IMG/VR virus record: IMGVR_UViG_2767802007_000002
Span: 4,488-68,487 of that record
Reading direction: 5' to 3' (one strand)
Origin: a virus
Taxonomy: Duplodnaviria; Caudoviricetes
Length of the DNA: 64,000 nt
Below are positions 55,175-63,823 of this stretch, piece after piece. Position numbers and translations under genes: made by a program. Under the pieces are notes generated by a model. The model ran no database searches. It had not been told where the DNA came from and saw nothing but the letters and a program-made list of their open reading frames with translations. The first letter of the stretch is position 1, and each line of letters starts with the position of its first letter.

Positions 55175-55242
55175 TCGCATATCCCCTCCCCTCTCTCCGA
55201 GCCCCGCACCGTGCTGGTGCGGGGCTTCGTCGTCCGTGGTGG

Positions 55243-55704
55243 TCAGCGGGAGCTCTCGCCGGACGCCTGGTTGTCGGTGACGGTCAGTTCCCAGATGTCA
55301 CCGGGCTCGTCGCCCTGGGCGTGGATCACCCCGTTGGCGACGTGGTCGAAGGTGAATTCCTCGAACCCGGGCAATCCCTTGGCCGCAGCGCCCGGCCTCA
55401 GGAAGTGGTCGATCAGGTACTGCATCCATGCGGTGGCCTCGTAGAACTTCTCGCTGCCGTTCCAGCGAATGGCGGTGCCGTCTTCGGTCGGCTCCCAGTC
55501 ACACCACAGGCCGGGCTGGCCCTGGGGCGGGAGGTTGTAGTCGCCGCGCTCGACCTCGTTGTAGGCGTAGTCGCGCGCGGAGTACGGGCCCTCGGGCCGC
55601 CGGTGGCGGCGGCTGTCGGCGAAGCCGCGGAGGAACGCGATCTCGTGCGGGTTGAGGGGCGTGGCGATGGTGACGTGGCCCTCGAAGGTGGTGGAGTAGC
55701 CCAT
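55243..55704 (-). CDS. Widespread phage hypothetical protein
   Basis: MGYSTTFEG...QPGLWCDW...IRWNGSEKFY..WMQYLIDHFL. Confidence 0.7.
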   Translation of the reverse strand: MGYSTTFEGHVTIATPLNPHEIAFLRGFADSRRHRRPEGPYSARDYAYNEVERGDYNLPPQGQPGLWCDWEPTEDGTAIRWNGSEKFYEATAWMQYLIDHFLRPGAAAKGLPGFEEFTFDHVANGVIHAQGDEPGDIWELTVTDNQASGESSR

Positions 55705-55762
55705 CGTGGTGTTCTCCTTGGTGGTGGTGGCCCCGCCGAATTGGCCTCGGCGGGGCGCCCGT

Positions 55763-56002
55763 TCATGCGGCCAGCGGTTGCTGAGCGCCCGGGCAGGTGT
55801 GGGTGGTGCGGATGGTGGCTGCGAACCGCTTCACCGCGGCCGCCCCGGACACCGGGCCCTCGACCGTCTGGCAGCGCAGGCACTCGTAGCGGGCGCGCGG
55901 GGCACGCCGGTAGGTGATCTGGCCGACGCGGTCGCCGTTCTTGTTCTCGAAGCCGTCGCCGCAGTCCACGAACAGGCCGCCGACCACAACGCGGGCCGTC
56001 AC
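55763..56002 (-). CDS. Small CxxC protein ending QPLAA
   Basis: GTGA overlap; PRARYECLRC...HTC. Confidence 0.55.
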   Translation of the reverse strand: MTARVVVGGLFVDCGDGFENKNGDRVGQITYRRAPRARYECLRCQTVEGPVSGAAAVKRFAATIRTTHTCPGAQQPLAA

Positions 56003-56580
56003 GCGGCATCCCGCCTTGCTTGCGACCGGGCGTCCCGGGTCCGCTTGCATGCCTGGCAGTAGGCCCGTCCGTCCGCCGCGACCCGGCCGTGCTCGGCCTG
56101 GTCGTGGTCGTTCTGGCACCGCTCTCGCAGCGCACGGCCGCCCTGCAGATAGCGCAGCTGCTCCCGGTTGCGGCGCCGGCCCGGCGCGTCCTCGACGTGC
56201 TCGGGCGCGACGCAGTGCTGCATGCCGCAGTCGGCGCGGACCTGTCCGACCGGGTCGCGGCCGGTGCGGATCCGGAAGGCGATCGCGGCGGCGGAGTGGT
56301 GTCGGTAGCCGTGGGAGAGCAGCGGCCTGCTGCTGGTGGGGCTGCGTTCGCCGGTCCACTCCACGTGCCCGCCGGGGAGTGGCTTGGTGTACTCGCGCCA
56401 GCGGTCTTCGATCGTGGCGGTCGCGATCGCTCGGACGTGTGCGGGCAAGCCGAGGTCGTTGCGGATGCCGCGGACGCGGGCTCGGTCGACGTGGAGGTCG
56501 GCGGCTATCTGGTTGACCGGGCGGCCGGCGCGGAGGGCGGCGATGATCTGCTCGCGGCTGGCGTTGGCGTGGTTGGCCAT
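55999..56580 (-). CDS. HTH fused to a degenerate HNH-like/Zn-finger protein
   Basis: VNQIAADLHVDRARV HTH; EWTG, CGMQHCVAPEH, CQNDH...YCQAC. Confidence 0.6.
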   Translation of the reverse strand: MANHANASREQIIAALRAGRPVNQIAADLHVDRARVRGIRNDLGLPAHVRAIATATIEDRWREYTKPLPGGHVEWTGERSPTSSRPLLSHGYRHHSAAAIAFRIRTGRDPVGQVRADCGMQHCVAPEHVEDAPGRRRNREQLRYLQGGRALRERCQNDHDQAEHGRVAADGRAYCQACKRTRDARSQARRDAA

Positions 56581-57041
56581 CAGGCAGCCACCTCCGTTGC
56601 CTTCTGGCGGTTCTTGCGCCTGCGCTGAGCGGCGTTGTTACACGCCCTGCAACGGCGGTAGCCGGATCCGGTGTAGGTGTTCTGCGGCGTGTACTCGTGG
56701 CCGTTCGGGCAGTGAGTGCGGGCATCGACTCCACTGGCTCGCGACCGTGCCCGTGCGGAGTTCTCAGCCGCCGTGACCGGTTCCAGGTGGGCCGGTTCGA
56801 CACAGAGACGGTTTCCGCAGAGATGATCGAGCTGCAGCCCAACGGGTATCGGGCCCACCTGAGCCTCGTAGGAGACACGGTGGACAAGCGCTGGCCGCCT
56901 GCGAATCGTGTCGTAGATCTGTCCGTAGCCTGATCCGCAGACCTTGCCAGTCCAGACCAGGCAGGCACCCTCGCGGCGCGTCTTCTGGGTGAGGCGTTGA
57001 AAGATGGGGATGCGCTGCCGTGCCATTAGCGACCTCCCCAC
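56580..57041 (-). CDS. HNH endonuclease with C-terminal Zn finger
   Basis: CLVWTG, GYG, HRVSY, LDHLCGNRLCVEPAHLEPVTAAEN, HCPNGH...CRAC. Confidence 0.85.
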   Translation of the reverse strand: MGRSLMARQRIPIFQRLTQKTRREGACLVWTGKVCGSGYGQIYDTIRRRPALVHRVSYEAQVGPIPVGLQLDHLCGNRLCVEPAHLEPVTAAENSARARSRASGVDARTHCPNGHEYTPQNTYTGSGYRRCRACNNAAQRRRKNRQKATEVAA

Positions 57042-57634
57042 TGAGAGATCTGCTCACGCTCGGGCCACTGGCAGCCGGCCAGCGCCGCCCGGTGACCATC
57101 CGGTACCTCGGCCAACGGCACGCCGAGCCAGTCCAGCCCCATGGCACGCAGGATCAGCGCGTCCGCCTCGTCGTCGGTCGGGAGGATTGCTCCGTACCGG
57201 TGCTGCGCCGCCGCGAGCACGGCGGCCTTGCGGCTACCGCCGTTGCCAGTGGCGTACTTGGCGCGGGACATCGGCGGGATGACGGCGACGGGGATGCCGC
57301 GGGCGCAGAGGCCGTCGATGATGAGCCACCACAGGCCACCTCGGTCCCAGACGGATCCGCCCACACTGTGGTGGGAGGGTCCTTCGACGCAGGCGAGGTC
57401 GACGGTGCCGACTTCGGTGAGGACGGTGTCGAGGATGTGTCGCATGCGGGTGCGACGCTGGAGGATGGTGTCGCGGCGGCGTCCGGTGGTGGGGACGCGA
57501 GTGGTGCCGCCGAGGGTGGAGATGCCGGTGCCGGTGAGGCTGATGTCGAGTCCGGCGACGCGGTATGAGGGCCGGGGCTCGGCCGCCGCGGGGGCGGCCG
57601 GCGCCTCGGAGGTGACGTCAAACAGCGTGCTCAC
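57026..57634 (-). CDS. RuvC-like Holliday junction resolvase
   Basis: AGLDISLTGTG, CVEGP, YATGNG, DDEADAL. Confidence 0.8.
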   Translation of the reverse strand: MSTLFDVTSEAPAAPAAAEPRPSYRVAGLDISLTGTGISTLGGTTRVPTTGRRRDTILQRRTRMRHILDTVLTEVGTVDLACVEGPSHHSVGGSVWDRGGLWWLIIDGLCARGIPVAVIPPMSRAKYATGNGGSRKAAVLAAAQHRYGAILPTDDEADALILRAMGLDWLGVPLAEVPDGHRAALAGCQWPEREQISQWGGR

Positions 57635-57837
57635 GCCTGCTCTCCTTCCTGCTGGTTGTCACGAACGGCCTGCAACAACCGCTCCAGGCCTGCGTCGTGT
57701 ACGGGCACCGGCGGCAGCTGGGCCAGCGCGGCGTCGACCTTCGCCGACGCGGCCACCCAGGCCCGCCGCACCCGGCGGACCACAACGACCAGACAGACCA
57801 CGCCGGCCAACGCGGCGACGATGACGGCGGGGCTCAC
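57631..57837 (-). CDS. Small membrane protein
   Basis: GTGA overlap; N-terminal TM. Confidence 0.5.
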   Translation of the reverse strand: MSPAVIVAALAGVVCLVVVVRRVRRAWVAASAKVDAALAQLPPVPVHDAGLERLLQAVRDNQQEGEQA

Positions 57838-58118
57838 GCGACGGCCCCCTTCCGGCTGGTGCGCTGCCGCGCGCGGCGGCCGGCATTGGCCGCCCGGCAC
57901 CGCTTACAGCGGCAACCGCGCCGGTAGCCGAGCAGCCCGTGCTCCGCCGGCGGGTGCGCGTCCGGGTGGCTGGACGGGAGGAGCCCGAGCATGGCCAGGA
58001 GCCGGGTGCAGTCGGCCTTGTCCGTGGCCTCGGCGGCGACGTACAGCTGGGCCTTGCGCTGCTCCGCGCTGGGGATGTCGACGGGCCCGAGCTGGCTGGC
58101 GGTGAAGTCCTTGGACAT
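57834..58118 (-). CDS. Small protein with HG...YRRGCRCKRC motif
   Basis: ATG overlaps upstream stop. Confidence 0.55.
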   Translation of the reverse strand: MSKDFTASQLGPVDIPSAEQRKAQLYVAAEATDKADCTRLLAMLGLLPSSHPDAHPPAEHGLLGYRRGCRCKRCRAANAGRRARQRTSRKGAVA

Positions 58119-58333
58119 CAGGCACCGCCCTGCTGGTGGCCCTCGGCGCAGCGGACGATGGTGCCGTGGCGGGTGGCCGCGGTCTCGACGCCGCCGCACG
58201 CGACGCAGGTCACGAACTCCTGGGGGGTGATCGCGCCGTGCGGGCGAGCGCGGTGCTGGCCGGTCGGGGCGACGATCTGCGCGCAGATCCGCAGCAGGGC
58301 GGGGAGTCGGAGGATGGTCTCGCGGGTCGTCAT
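58118..58333 (-). CDS. Small CxxC protein
   Basis: ORF track 71 aa; CVACG...CAEGH. Confidence 0.55.
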   Translation of the reverse strand: MTTRETILRLPALLRICAQIVAPTGQHRARPHGAITPQEFVTCVACGGVETAATRHGTIVRCAEGHQQGGA

Positions 58334-58728
58334 GCTGGGTCCTCCTTCGGGGCCTTGTAGCCGGGCTGCCAGCGGCTGCTGTCCTGGATGGCTTGGGGCT
58401 TGAGGCCGACGGCGTCGTCGAGGCGGCGCTGCAGGCCGTCGGCACGCTTCCTCTCGGCCTCGTAGAGCGATCGCCAGTCCTTGCGTGAGCCCTTCTCATG
58501 AGCGGCGAGCTGCTCGCGGGCCACGGTGAGGTCGTGGGTGAGGCACTCGTTGACGATCGCGGTGTCCGTGTACCGCTCGTTCAGGGCGGCGTACTGGTCG
58601 GTGGCTTTGCGGGCGACGGCCCGCTGGGTGTCGCGGTCCTTCGCGAACTGGTCGCGCTCGCTGCGAATGCGTTCTCGGTCGGCGAGGACGGCCTCGTGTT
58701 CCGTGCGGGAGACGAACGGCAACTTCAT
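58330..58728 (-). CDS. Coiled-coil protein (132 aa)
   Basis: ORF track; GGAG RBS. Confidence 0.65.
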   Translation of the reverse strand: MKLPFVSRTEHEAVLADRERIRSERDQFAKDRDTQRAVARKATDQYAALNERYTDTAIVNECLTHDLTVAREQLAAHEKGSRKDWRSLYEAERKRADGLQRRLDDAVGLKPQAIQDSSRWQPGYKAPKEDPA

Positions 58729-58770
58729 CGGTGGCTCTCCGTTCGGGGCTTCGTGTGGTGTGCTGGGCGC

Positions 58771-58803
58771 CGGCCGCCCCGCGATTCGGGCGCGGGGCGG
58801 CCG
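58771..58803 (-). terminator. Stem-loop after recT
   Basis: CGGCCGCCCCGCG / CGCGGGGCGGCCG 13-bp stem. Confidence 0.6.
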
Positions 58804-58815
58804 TATAGGAGCGGG

Positions 58816-59700
58816 CTACGCGGGGGGCTGGGCGACGGTCGGCCAGGTCTGGTCCGGCTCGTCGTCGACGAACTCGCCCTCGATCGGACCCTCGTCGTCC
58901 AAGCCGTCCGTACCGTCAGCGGGGATGTCCGCGTGCGGCTGCGGCAGCGTCGGCGCGAACCCGGACGGGAGTTCCTTCGCGACCTCGGCTTGGGCGCGGA
59001 GCTGCTCGCGCATGTACTCGGCGCTGGTCGGCACCCACTTGGCGAGGCGGCGGGCGGCCGTCTTCAGCCACATCGCTTCCTCATTGGTGTTCCACGGCGA
59101 GTAGTCGGCGCCCTTGCCGGACGCGCTGTCTGACTTGGCCTTGGCATCCATGACTTGCTGCCGGTTGAGGATGACCACCTTCGAGGTGGCGCCGTCCTTC
59201 ATGACCGCGTAGGCGTACACGCCGACCAGGTCGCCGCGGTCGCCGCCGAACCAGTCGACGTCGTGGACCGGGCGCTCGTCGCGGCCGATGACGTACCGGA
59301 AGGTGTCGTTCGCGCGGACCGTCTCCACCACGACCGACGACACGGCGCCAGCCCGGTAGATGAGTTCGACGATGCCTTGGTAGCCGACGATCCCTTGGAT
59401 GATGAACTTGTAGCCGTGGGCCTTGGACTTCCGCGGGGTCAGGTAGAACTGCTCGGTGCCGGGCTCCAGGCCGAGGCGGGCGGCGGTCTTCAGCTCCCGC
59501 AGGAAGACGCCGACGTCGGTCTTCGCGGCCTGCTCCAGCATCGGGTTGCCGCGGATGGCGCCGACAGCGAGGCGAATCCACTGGTCGGCGTTGACGTGGG
59601 AGGGGACGAGGGCGGCGTATTCCTCACGGTACTGCTCGACCATGGCGCCGGGCCCGGTGTCGCGGACGGCGACGGCGTTGGAGACGGTGTTCTCGGTCAT
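58816..59700 (-). CDS. recT: RecT-family ssDNA annealing protein
   Basis: AARLGLEPG..QFYLTP, GYQGIVELIYRAG, VRANDTF, GVYAYA, EAMWLKTAARRLAKWVP. Confidence 0.92.
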   Translation of the reverse strand: MTENTVSNAVAVRDTGPGAMVEQYREEYAALVPSHVNADQWIRLAVGAIRGNPMLEQAAKTDVGVFLRELKTAARLGLEPGTEQFYLTPRKSKAHGYKFIIQGIVGYQGIVELIYRAGAVSSVVVETVRANDTFRYVIGRDERPVHDVDWFGGDRGDLVGVYAYAVMKDGATSKVVILNRQQVMDAKAKSDSASGKGADYSPWNTNEEAMWLKTAARRLAKWVPTSAEYMREQLRAQAEVAKELPSGFAPTLPQPHADIPADGTDGLDDEGPIEGEFVDDEPDQTWPTVAQPPA

Positions 59701-59939
59701 CGGTTCTCTCCGAGGTGGACGCGGGCGATGTCGTGGGCGTGTTCGATGAGGCCCTCGTTCGGGCCGGTCGCGCGGATGCCGCCTGCTCGGGCGACGAGGC
59801 GGCCGCACGTTTCGAGGAAGTAGGCGACGGTGGCGACGAGTTCGGGAGAGAGCGGTACTTCGCGCTTCGCTTTCGCGCAGCCATCGGCTCGTCTCGTCAG
59901 GTCGGCGGCGGCGATGAGGAGCTGTTCTGCCTCGGTCAT
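59697..59939 (-). CDS. Hypothetical protein (80 aa)
   Basis: ORF track; overlaps on both sides. Confidence 0.55.
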   Translation of the reverse strand: MTEAEQLLIAAADLTRRADGCAKAKREVPLSPELVATVAYFLETCGRLVARAGGIRATGPNEGLIEHAHDIARVHLGENR

Positions 59940-60217
59940 CGGGCGTTCTCCTCGTCGAGGACGGTGCGGTAGGTGGCTCGGACGAACCGGGTGCCGAGGA
60001 CGCGGTTGACGGTTTCGCTGATGGCCTTGCGGAGCTCCTCGATGAGCTCCTCACGGGCGGCGTCGGTCAGCTTGTCGCCGGTGGCGACGTGGACCGCGGC
60101 GTCGAACTCGCCGGTGACCGCCTGGAACGCGAAGGACGGGCCGACCAGCAGGTCGGCGGCGTCGATCGCGGACTCCCACTCGCGGGTCGTCATAGGGCGT
60201 AGGGGATGCTCGGTCAT
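59936..60217 (-). CDS. Hypothetical protein (93 aa)
   Basis: GAGGA RBS, ATG 60217. Confidence 0.55.
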   Translation of the reverse strand: MTEHPLRPMTTREWESAIDAADLLVGPSFAFQAVTGEFDAAVHVATGDKLTDAAREELIEELRKAISETVNRVLGTRFVRATYRTVLDEENAR

Positions 60218-60227
60218 CGGGCGTTCC

Positions 60228-60578
60228 TCAGTGGGTGTAGTCGGCGTCGGGCGCGGGGTTCTCGTCGCGGTGGTCTCCGCCGAACCGGAGAGCAACGACC
60301 TCGTCGTGCGTTGAGCCGTCGTCGTAGCGGTGGTTGAAGAGGGCGGCGAACTGGTCGCGGTAGGTGTCGCCTTCGTCGGAGGCGCCCCAGCCCTCCTTGC
60401 TGCCGTCGGGCAGGAAGGCGTAGGACACGTAGCCGTTGAGCGGCGCGGGGATCGGCCCGACGACGAGCGGTCGCAGGCTCTCGGGCAGCGACGCGCGGAA
60501 GGCGTCGATGTCTGGCAGGCCGCCTGGGCGGATGTCGGAGGTGGTGACGACGATGGCGTCGTGGACGATGCGTCCCAT
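60228..60578 (-). CDS. Hypothetical protein (116 aa)
   Basis: ORF track; HDAIVVT...NGYVSYAFLPDGSKEGW. Confidence 0.65.
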   Translation of the reverse strand: MGRIVHDAIVVTTSDIRPGGLPDIDAFRASLPESLRPLVVGPIPAPLNGYVSYAFLPDGSKEGWGASDEGDTYRDQFAALFNHRYDDGSTHDEVVALRFGGDHRDENPAPDADYTH

Positions 60579-61501
60579 CAGCGGTTCCTTCGGGTGCGTG
60601 CAGGCATGAGGGAGTAGGTGGCGCCGTCGCGGACGGTGCGGGTGGCGATCCGCTGGCGCTCGCAGACGGCGCGCTGGCCGGTGCCGATGGCGTCCAGCAG
60701 CAGGCCCTTGCAGGTGGTCAGCTCGTCCTCCGCCGACCAGGCCGCGTCCTGCGCGGCGTGGAAGCGGTCGCGCAGCAGGGTGGGGATCTCGACGTCGACC
60801 GGGTCCAGGCCCTCGGGGATCTCACGGATCGCCTGGTAGGTGGCGGAGTGGCCGTCGATGTCTGGGCGGACACCGTGCGCGAGGTCGTCCATGAACTGGG
60901 CGCCGGCATTCCGCAGCAGCGTCGCTTCCGCCTCGTCGTAGGTGACGACGTACTCGCGGTAGTCCGAGAGCCCGATCAGCACTGCGACGTAGCAGGTGGT
61001 CAGGCGGAGGACGTCGAGGTACCAGAGGCATTGGGCCCGGTACCAGACGGGGATCTGGTCGGTGCCTTCCTCGCCCCAGCCTTCGTCGTCGTAGGCGGTC
61101 TTCGCCTCCAGCAGCGCGGCGGGTTCGGCGGTGCCGGGCTTGTACAGCAGCCGGTCCGGGTTGCCGATCTGCCAGGTCCGCCCGGTCACCGCGTAAGTGG
61201 CGGAGTCGTGGACGATCCACTCGGGGTGGAGCTCAGTGAACTCGGAGCAGATGGTGGGCTCGTGCTTCTTCCCCCACCGCATCTGCGGGGACTCCTCGAC
61301 CGGGCCGATCAGTCCCTTCTTCCTGTGCCACAGGGAGAACCGGGACTCGTGAGGGGAGAGCCCGAGGACGGCGGCGATCTCGCTGCCGCCGATCCCCTGC
61401 GCGCGGGCGGCGTGCCACTCGGGGCTGCCAGGCTCGAACCAGCCGAGGACGACCGGGCCGGCGGCCGGGGCCTGAGCCCCAGCCCGCGCGGTCGCCGTCA
61501 T
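60578..61501 (-). CDS. YqaJ / lambda-exonuclease-like recombination nuclease
   Basis: WHAARAQGIGGSEIAAVLG, WGKKHEP, NPDRL, LEAKT, YRAQCLWYL. Confidence 0.92.
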   Translation of the reverse strand: MTATARAGAQAPAAGPVVLGWFEPGSPEWHAARAQGIGGSEIAAVLGLSPHESRFSLWHRKKGLIGPVEESPQMRWGKKHEPTICSEFTELHPEWIVHDSATYAVTGRTWQIGNPDRLLYKPGTAEPAALLEAKTAYDDEGWGEEGTDQIPVWYRAQCLWYLDVLRLTTCYVAVLIGLSDYREYVVTYDEAEATLLRNAGAQFMDDLAHGVRPDIDGHSATYQAIREIPEGLDPVDVEIPTLLRDRFHAAQDAAWSAEDELTTCKGLLLDAIGTGQRAVCERQRIATRTVRDGATYSLMPARTRRNR

Positions 61502-61701
61502 CAGGCGGGACCGCCCTTCGAGGTGGTGGGGAGGCTGGCGACGGCGTCGGCCCGCGTCCCGTCGGCGCTCGGAGCCGGGCCCCAGACTGCGTTGCCGTAC
61601 GCCTCCTGGTGGCGGGCGGCGATGGCACGGGCCGCGTCACGACCGCAGCGGATCTCACCGCGCTCGATCTGGCCGAGAACGCGTTGCGTGTCGGACGTCA
61701 T
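61501..61701 (-). CDS. Small hypothetical protein
   Basis: AGGA RBS; ATGA overlap. Confidence 0.5.
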   Translation of the reverse strand: MTSDTQRVLGQIERGEIRCGRDAARAIAARHQEAYGNAVWGPAPSADGTRADAVASLPTTSKGGPA

Positions 61702-61943
61702 GAGCGGCCGTCCTTCCTGGTGTTGAGCGTGTAGAACCGGCCGTCGGCCGGGCCGTTCGCGGTCAGGTGGCCGCGCCGGGCCAGCTCGGCCAGGTCCCGG
61801 CGGGCGGTGCCGCGCTGCGTCGGACCGCCGGTCCGACGGCGCAGCTTCTGCAGGCGCCCGGCGGACCACAGCTGGTCGGGGTGGGCTCGGATGAGGTCGA
61901 GGAGTTCGGCGAGCCGGGTCTCGTGGTTGGAAGGCGTGCTCAT
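61698..61943 (-). CDS. Small winged-helix protein
   Basis: TARRDLAELARRGHL...GRFYTL. Confidence 0.65.
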   Translation of the reverse strand: MSTPSNHETRLAELLDLIRAHPDQLWSAGRLQKLRRRTGGPTQRGTARRDLAELARRGHLTANGPADGRFYTLNTRKDGRS

Positions 61944-62131
61944 CGGCGTGCACCTCCCGGGTGCGGGGCGCACGCGATCCCGATCAGGCAGACCGCGGCG
62001 GCGGCGAGGACACCCACGGCCTGGGCGGCCGGCCCGGTGAACGGGACCGCGGCGGCCATGGACGCCAGCACGGCGGCCGTGGTGATGACGGCCCAGTGCA
62101 GGGCCCAGCGGGCGGTACGGCGCGCGCTCAT
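61940..62131 (-). CDS. Small two-TM membrane protein
   Basis: ORF track 63 aa. Confidence 0.55.
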   Translation of the reverse strand: MSARRTARWALHWAVITTAAVLASMAAAVPFTGPAAQAVGVLAAAAVCLIGIACAPHPGGARR

Positions 62132-62511
62132 GCCGCCGCCCCGCCCTGGCGGCGCTGCGCGGGGACCGCCGCCACAGGAGCCGGAGCCGCCGCGTGCAGC
62201 CGGTCGGCCAGCTGCCGCAGCGCCTTGCCCCGGACCGGGACCTCGTAGCCGACGGCCGTGGCCAGCTTCTCGACGAGCAACTGCTCCGGCTTCCAGCCGT
62301 CGTGCTCGCGGGAGGTGGCCCGGTCCTCGACCATCTCCATGAACTGGTCGAGGAGGTTGGGGTCGTCCGCGATGGTCGTGACGACGTAGGTGAAGTAGTC
62401 CTCGAAGTCCAGGAGGAGGCCGTCGGGGATGCGGCGGGTGTAGATGCGCATCGGCTCGGTGATGGCCGGCTTGCGGAGGATGCGGTGCCAGTACAGGCGG
62501 ATGCGGTTCAT
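62128..62511 (-). CDS. Hypothetical protein (127 aa)
   Basis: ORF track; GGAGGTGA-type RBS. Confidence 0.65.
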   Translation of the reverse strand: MNRIRLYWHRILRKPAITEPMRIYTRRIPDGLLLDFEDYFTYVVTTIADDPNLLDQFMEMVEDRATSREHDGWKPEQLLVEKLATAVGYEVPVRGKALRQLADRLHAAAPAPVAAVPAQRRQGGAAA

Positions 62512-62768
62512 CGGGTCACCTCGGCGGTGGGAGTGGAGAGAAGGAGGAGCAGCGCGGCGACCGACACGGCGGCGGCGCGGCGGGCGTCCTGCGCGGCGTG
62601 ACGGGCGTTCGCCGCCTCGACGAGCACGCGGTCACCCACGGCCTGCCAGTCCTTGATGAGCAGGTAGTCCGCGTCGGCCCACAGCAGGACCGGCAGGGAC
62701 ACGGCGGCGCTCGCGCTGACACCGAGCGACAGGAACGCGGCCCAGTCCGCGACGGCTGCGGCCATCAC
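62508..62768 (-). CDS. Membrane protein (86 aa)
   Basis: Two hydrophobic segments. Confidence 0.55.
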   Translation of the reverse strand: MMAAAVADWAAFLSLGVSASAAVSLPVLLWADADYLLIKDWQAVGDRVLVEAANARHAAQDARRAAAVSVAALLLLLSTPTAEVTR

Positions 62769-63388
62769 GCACCGCCCGTCTGCGGCAGGTCCCGCCCGGT
62801 CCGGTAGTCGTGATGCACCGACGCGTAGTGCTCGCCCTCACCGGCCGGCGCGAGCATCCTCGACAGCCGACCCCCCGACGCTTCCGCCTTCGCGGTCAGC
62901 GCGTAAGCGATCGGGTCCTCGTCCACCGGCCGGTCCCGGCCGGCGAGCTGCCGCTCCAGACCGGCGATCCGGTCCCGCTGGACGCGCAGTGTCTCGGCCG
63001 CCTCGGACAGCGACTCGTTCGTCGAGTGCCGCTCCGCCTCCAGCTCGGCCACACGGTCCAGCAGCCACTCGACCGCCGGCGCCACCCGCTCGTGAATCAC
63101 GATGTCGGCCGGGACCCGGCGCGGCCCGTCGGCCGGGGCCAGCAGCCCCCGCACCGCGAGAAGGTCCGCCTCGGCGGCGATCAGCCGAACGCGGCGCCGT
63201 TCACGCTGCGCCTCCAGCTCCTCGACCTGCTTCCGCAAGCGCACCAACTCGGCGGCTTCGCCCGGCGAGACCAGCATGCCCAGCCCGTACAGCGTGTCGG
63301 CGGCCTGCGATCCCATCTCCTCCGCCGACAGCGCCCACGCCGTCCACATGTGGCGTCGGGCCGCAGCCAGCAACTCCTCGCGCTTCAT
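62765..63388 (-). CDS. Coiled-coil hypothetical protein
   Basis: ATGA overlap at 63388; heptad repeats. Confidence 0.65.
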   Translation of the reverse strand: MKREELLAAARRHMWTAWALSAEEMGSQAADTLYGLGMLVSPGEAAELVRLRKQVEELEAQRERRRVRLIAAEADLLAVRGLLAPADGPRRVPADIVIHERVAPAVEWLLDRVAELEAERHSTNESLSEAAETLRVQRDRIAGLERQLAGRDRPVDEDPIAYALTAKAEASGGRLSRMLAPAGEGEHYASVHHDYRTGRDLPQTGGA

Positions 63389-63735
63389 GCCGCAGCCGCC
63401 ACGGTGCCCTCGGTGGTGAGCGTCCACGCCCGGAACGGAACGCCGTCCAGCACCCCGTCCGCGAACGTGAAGAGGTTGTACGGCCCCGGGTGCGGGCGAT
63501 TCGCCACAGAGATCTCAGCGGTCTGGGCGAAGCTCTGCACGTTCTCGATCGACTCGTGGAAGTACAACTCCACACCGATCGGCCTGTCGTAGGTCCCCGG
63601 CACGTAGTCGAAGCCGTTGGCGGTGATCTGGATACCGCGGGGTGTGACGGGCGAGATGGACGTGAGCTTCTCCGCGACGGACAGCGCGGCCATCAGGCCG
63701 GCGGCGCCGGGGCGGAAGGTAACCTGTGTGGTCAC
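63385..63735 (-). CDS. Hypothetical protein (116 aa)
   Basis: AGAGAGG RBS, GTG 63735. Confidence 0.6.
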   Translation of the reverse strand: MTTQVTFRPGAAGLMAALSVAEKLTSISPVTPRGIQITANGFDYVPGTYDRPIGVELYFHESIENVQSFAQTAEISVANRPHPGPYNLFTFADGVLDGVPFRAWTLTTEGTVAAAA

Positions 63736-63823
63736 GGGGACCTCTCTTCTCTGGTTGATGGGGTCGCCGAGTCGTGGGGTCGCCAGGCCGGTCAAAGCGG
63801 GCGGCCCTTCGGCGTTGATGGGG

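Noticed and set aside
2006-63388. All AA-ending proteins as degron-tagged (for example EGVAA, TEVAA, QGGAAA)
   Set aside because: Many are explained by a GGAGG-like RBS for the next gene overlapping the last codons and by GC bias; only the LAA/LALAA cases were kept.
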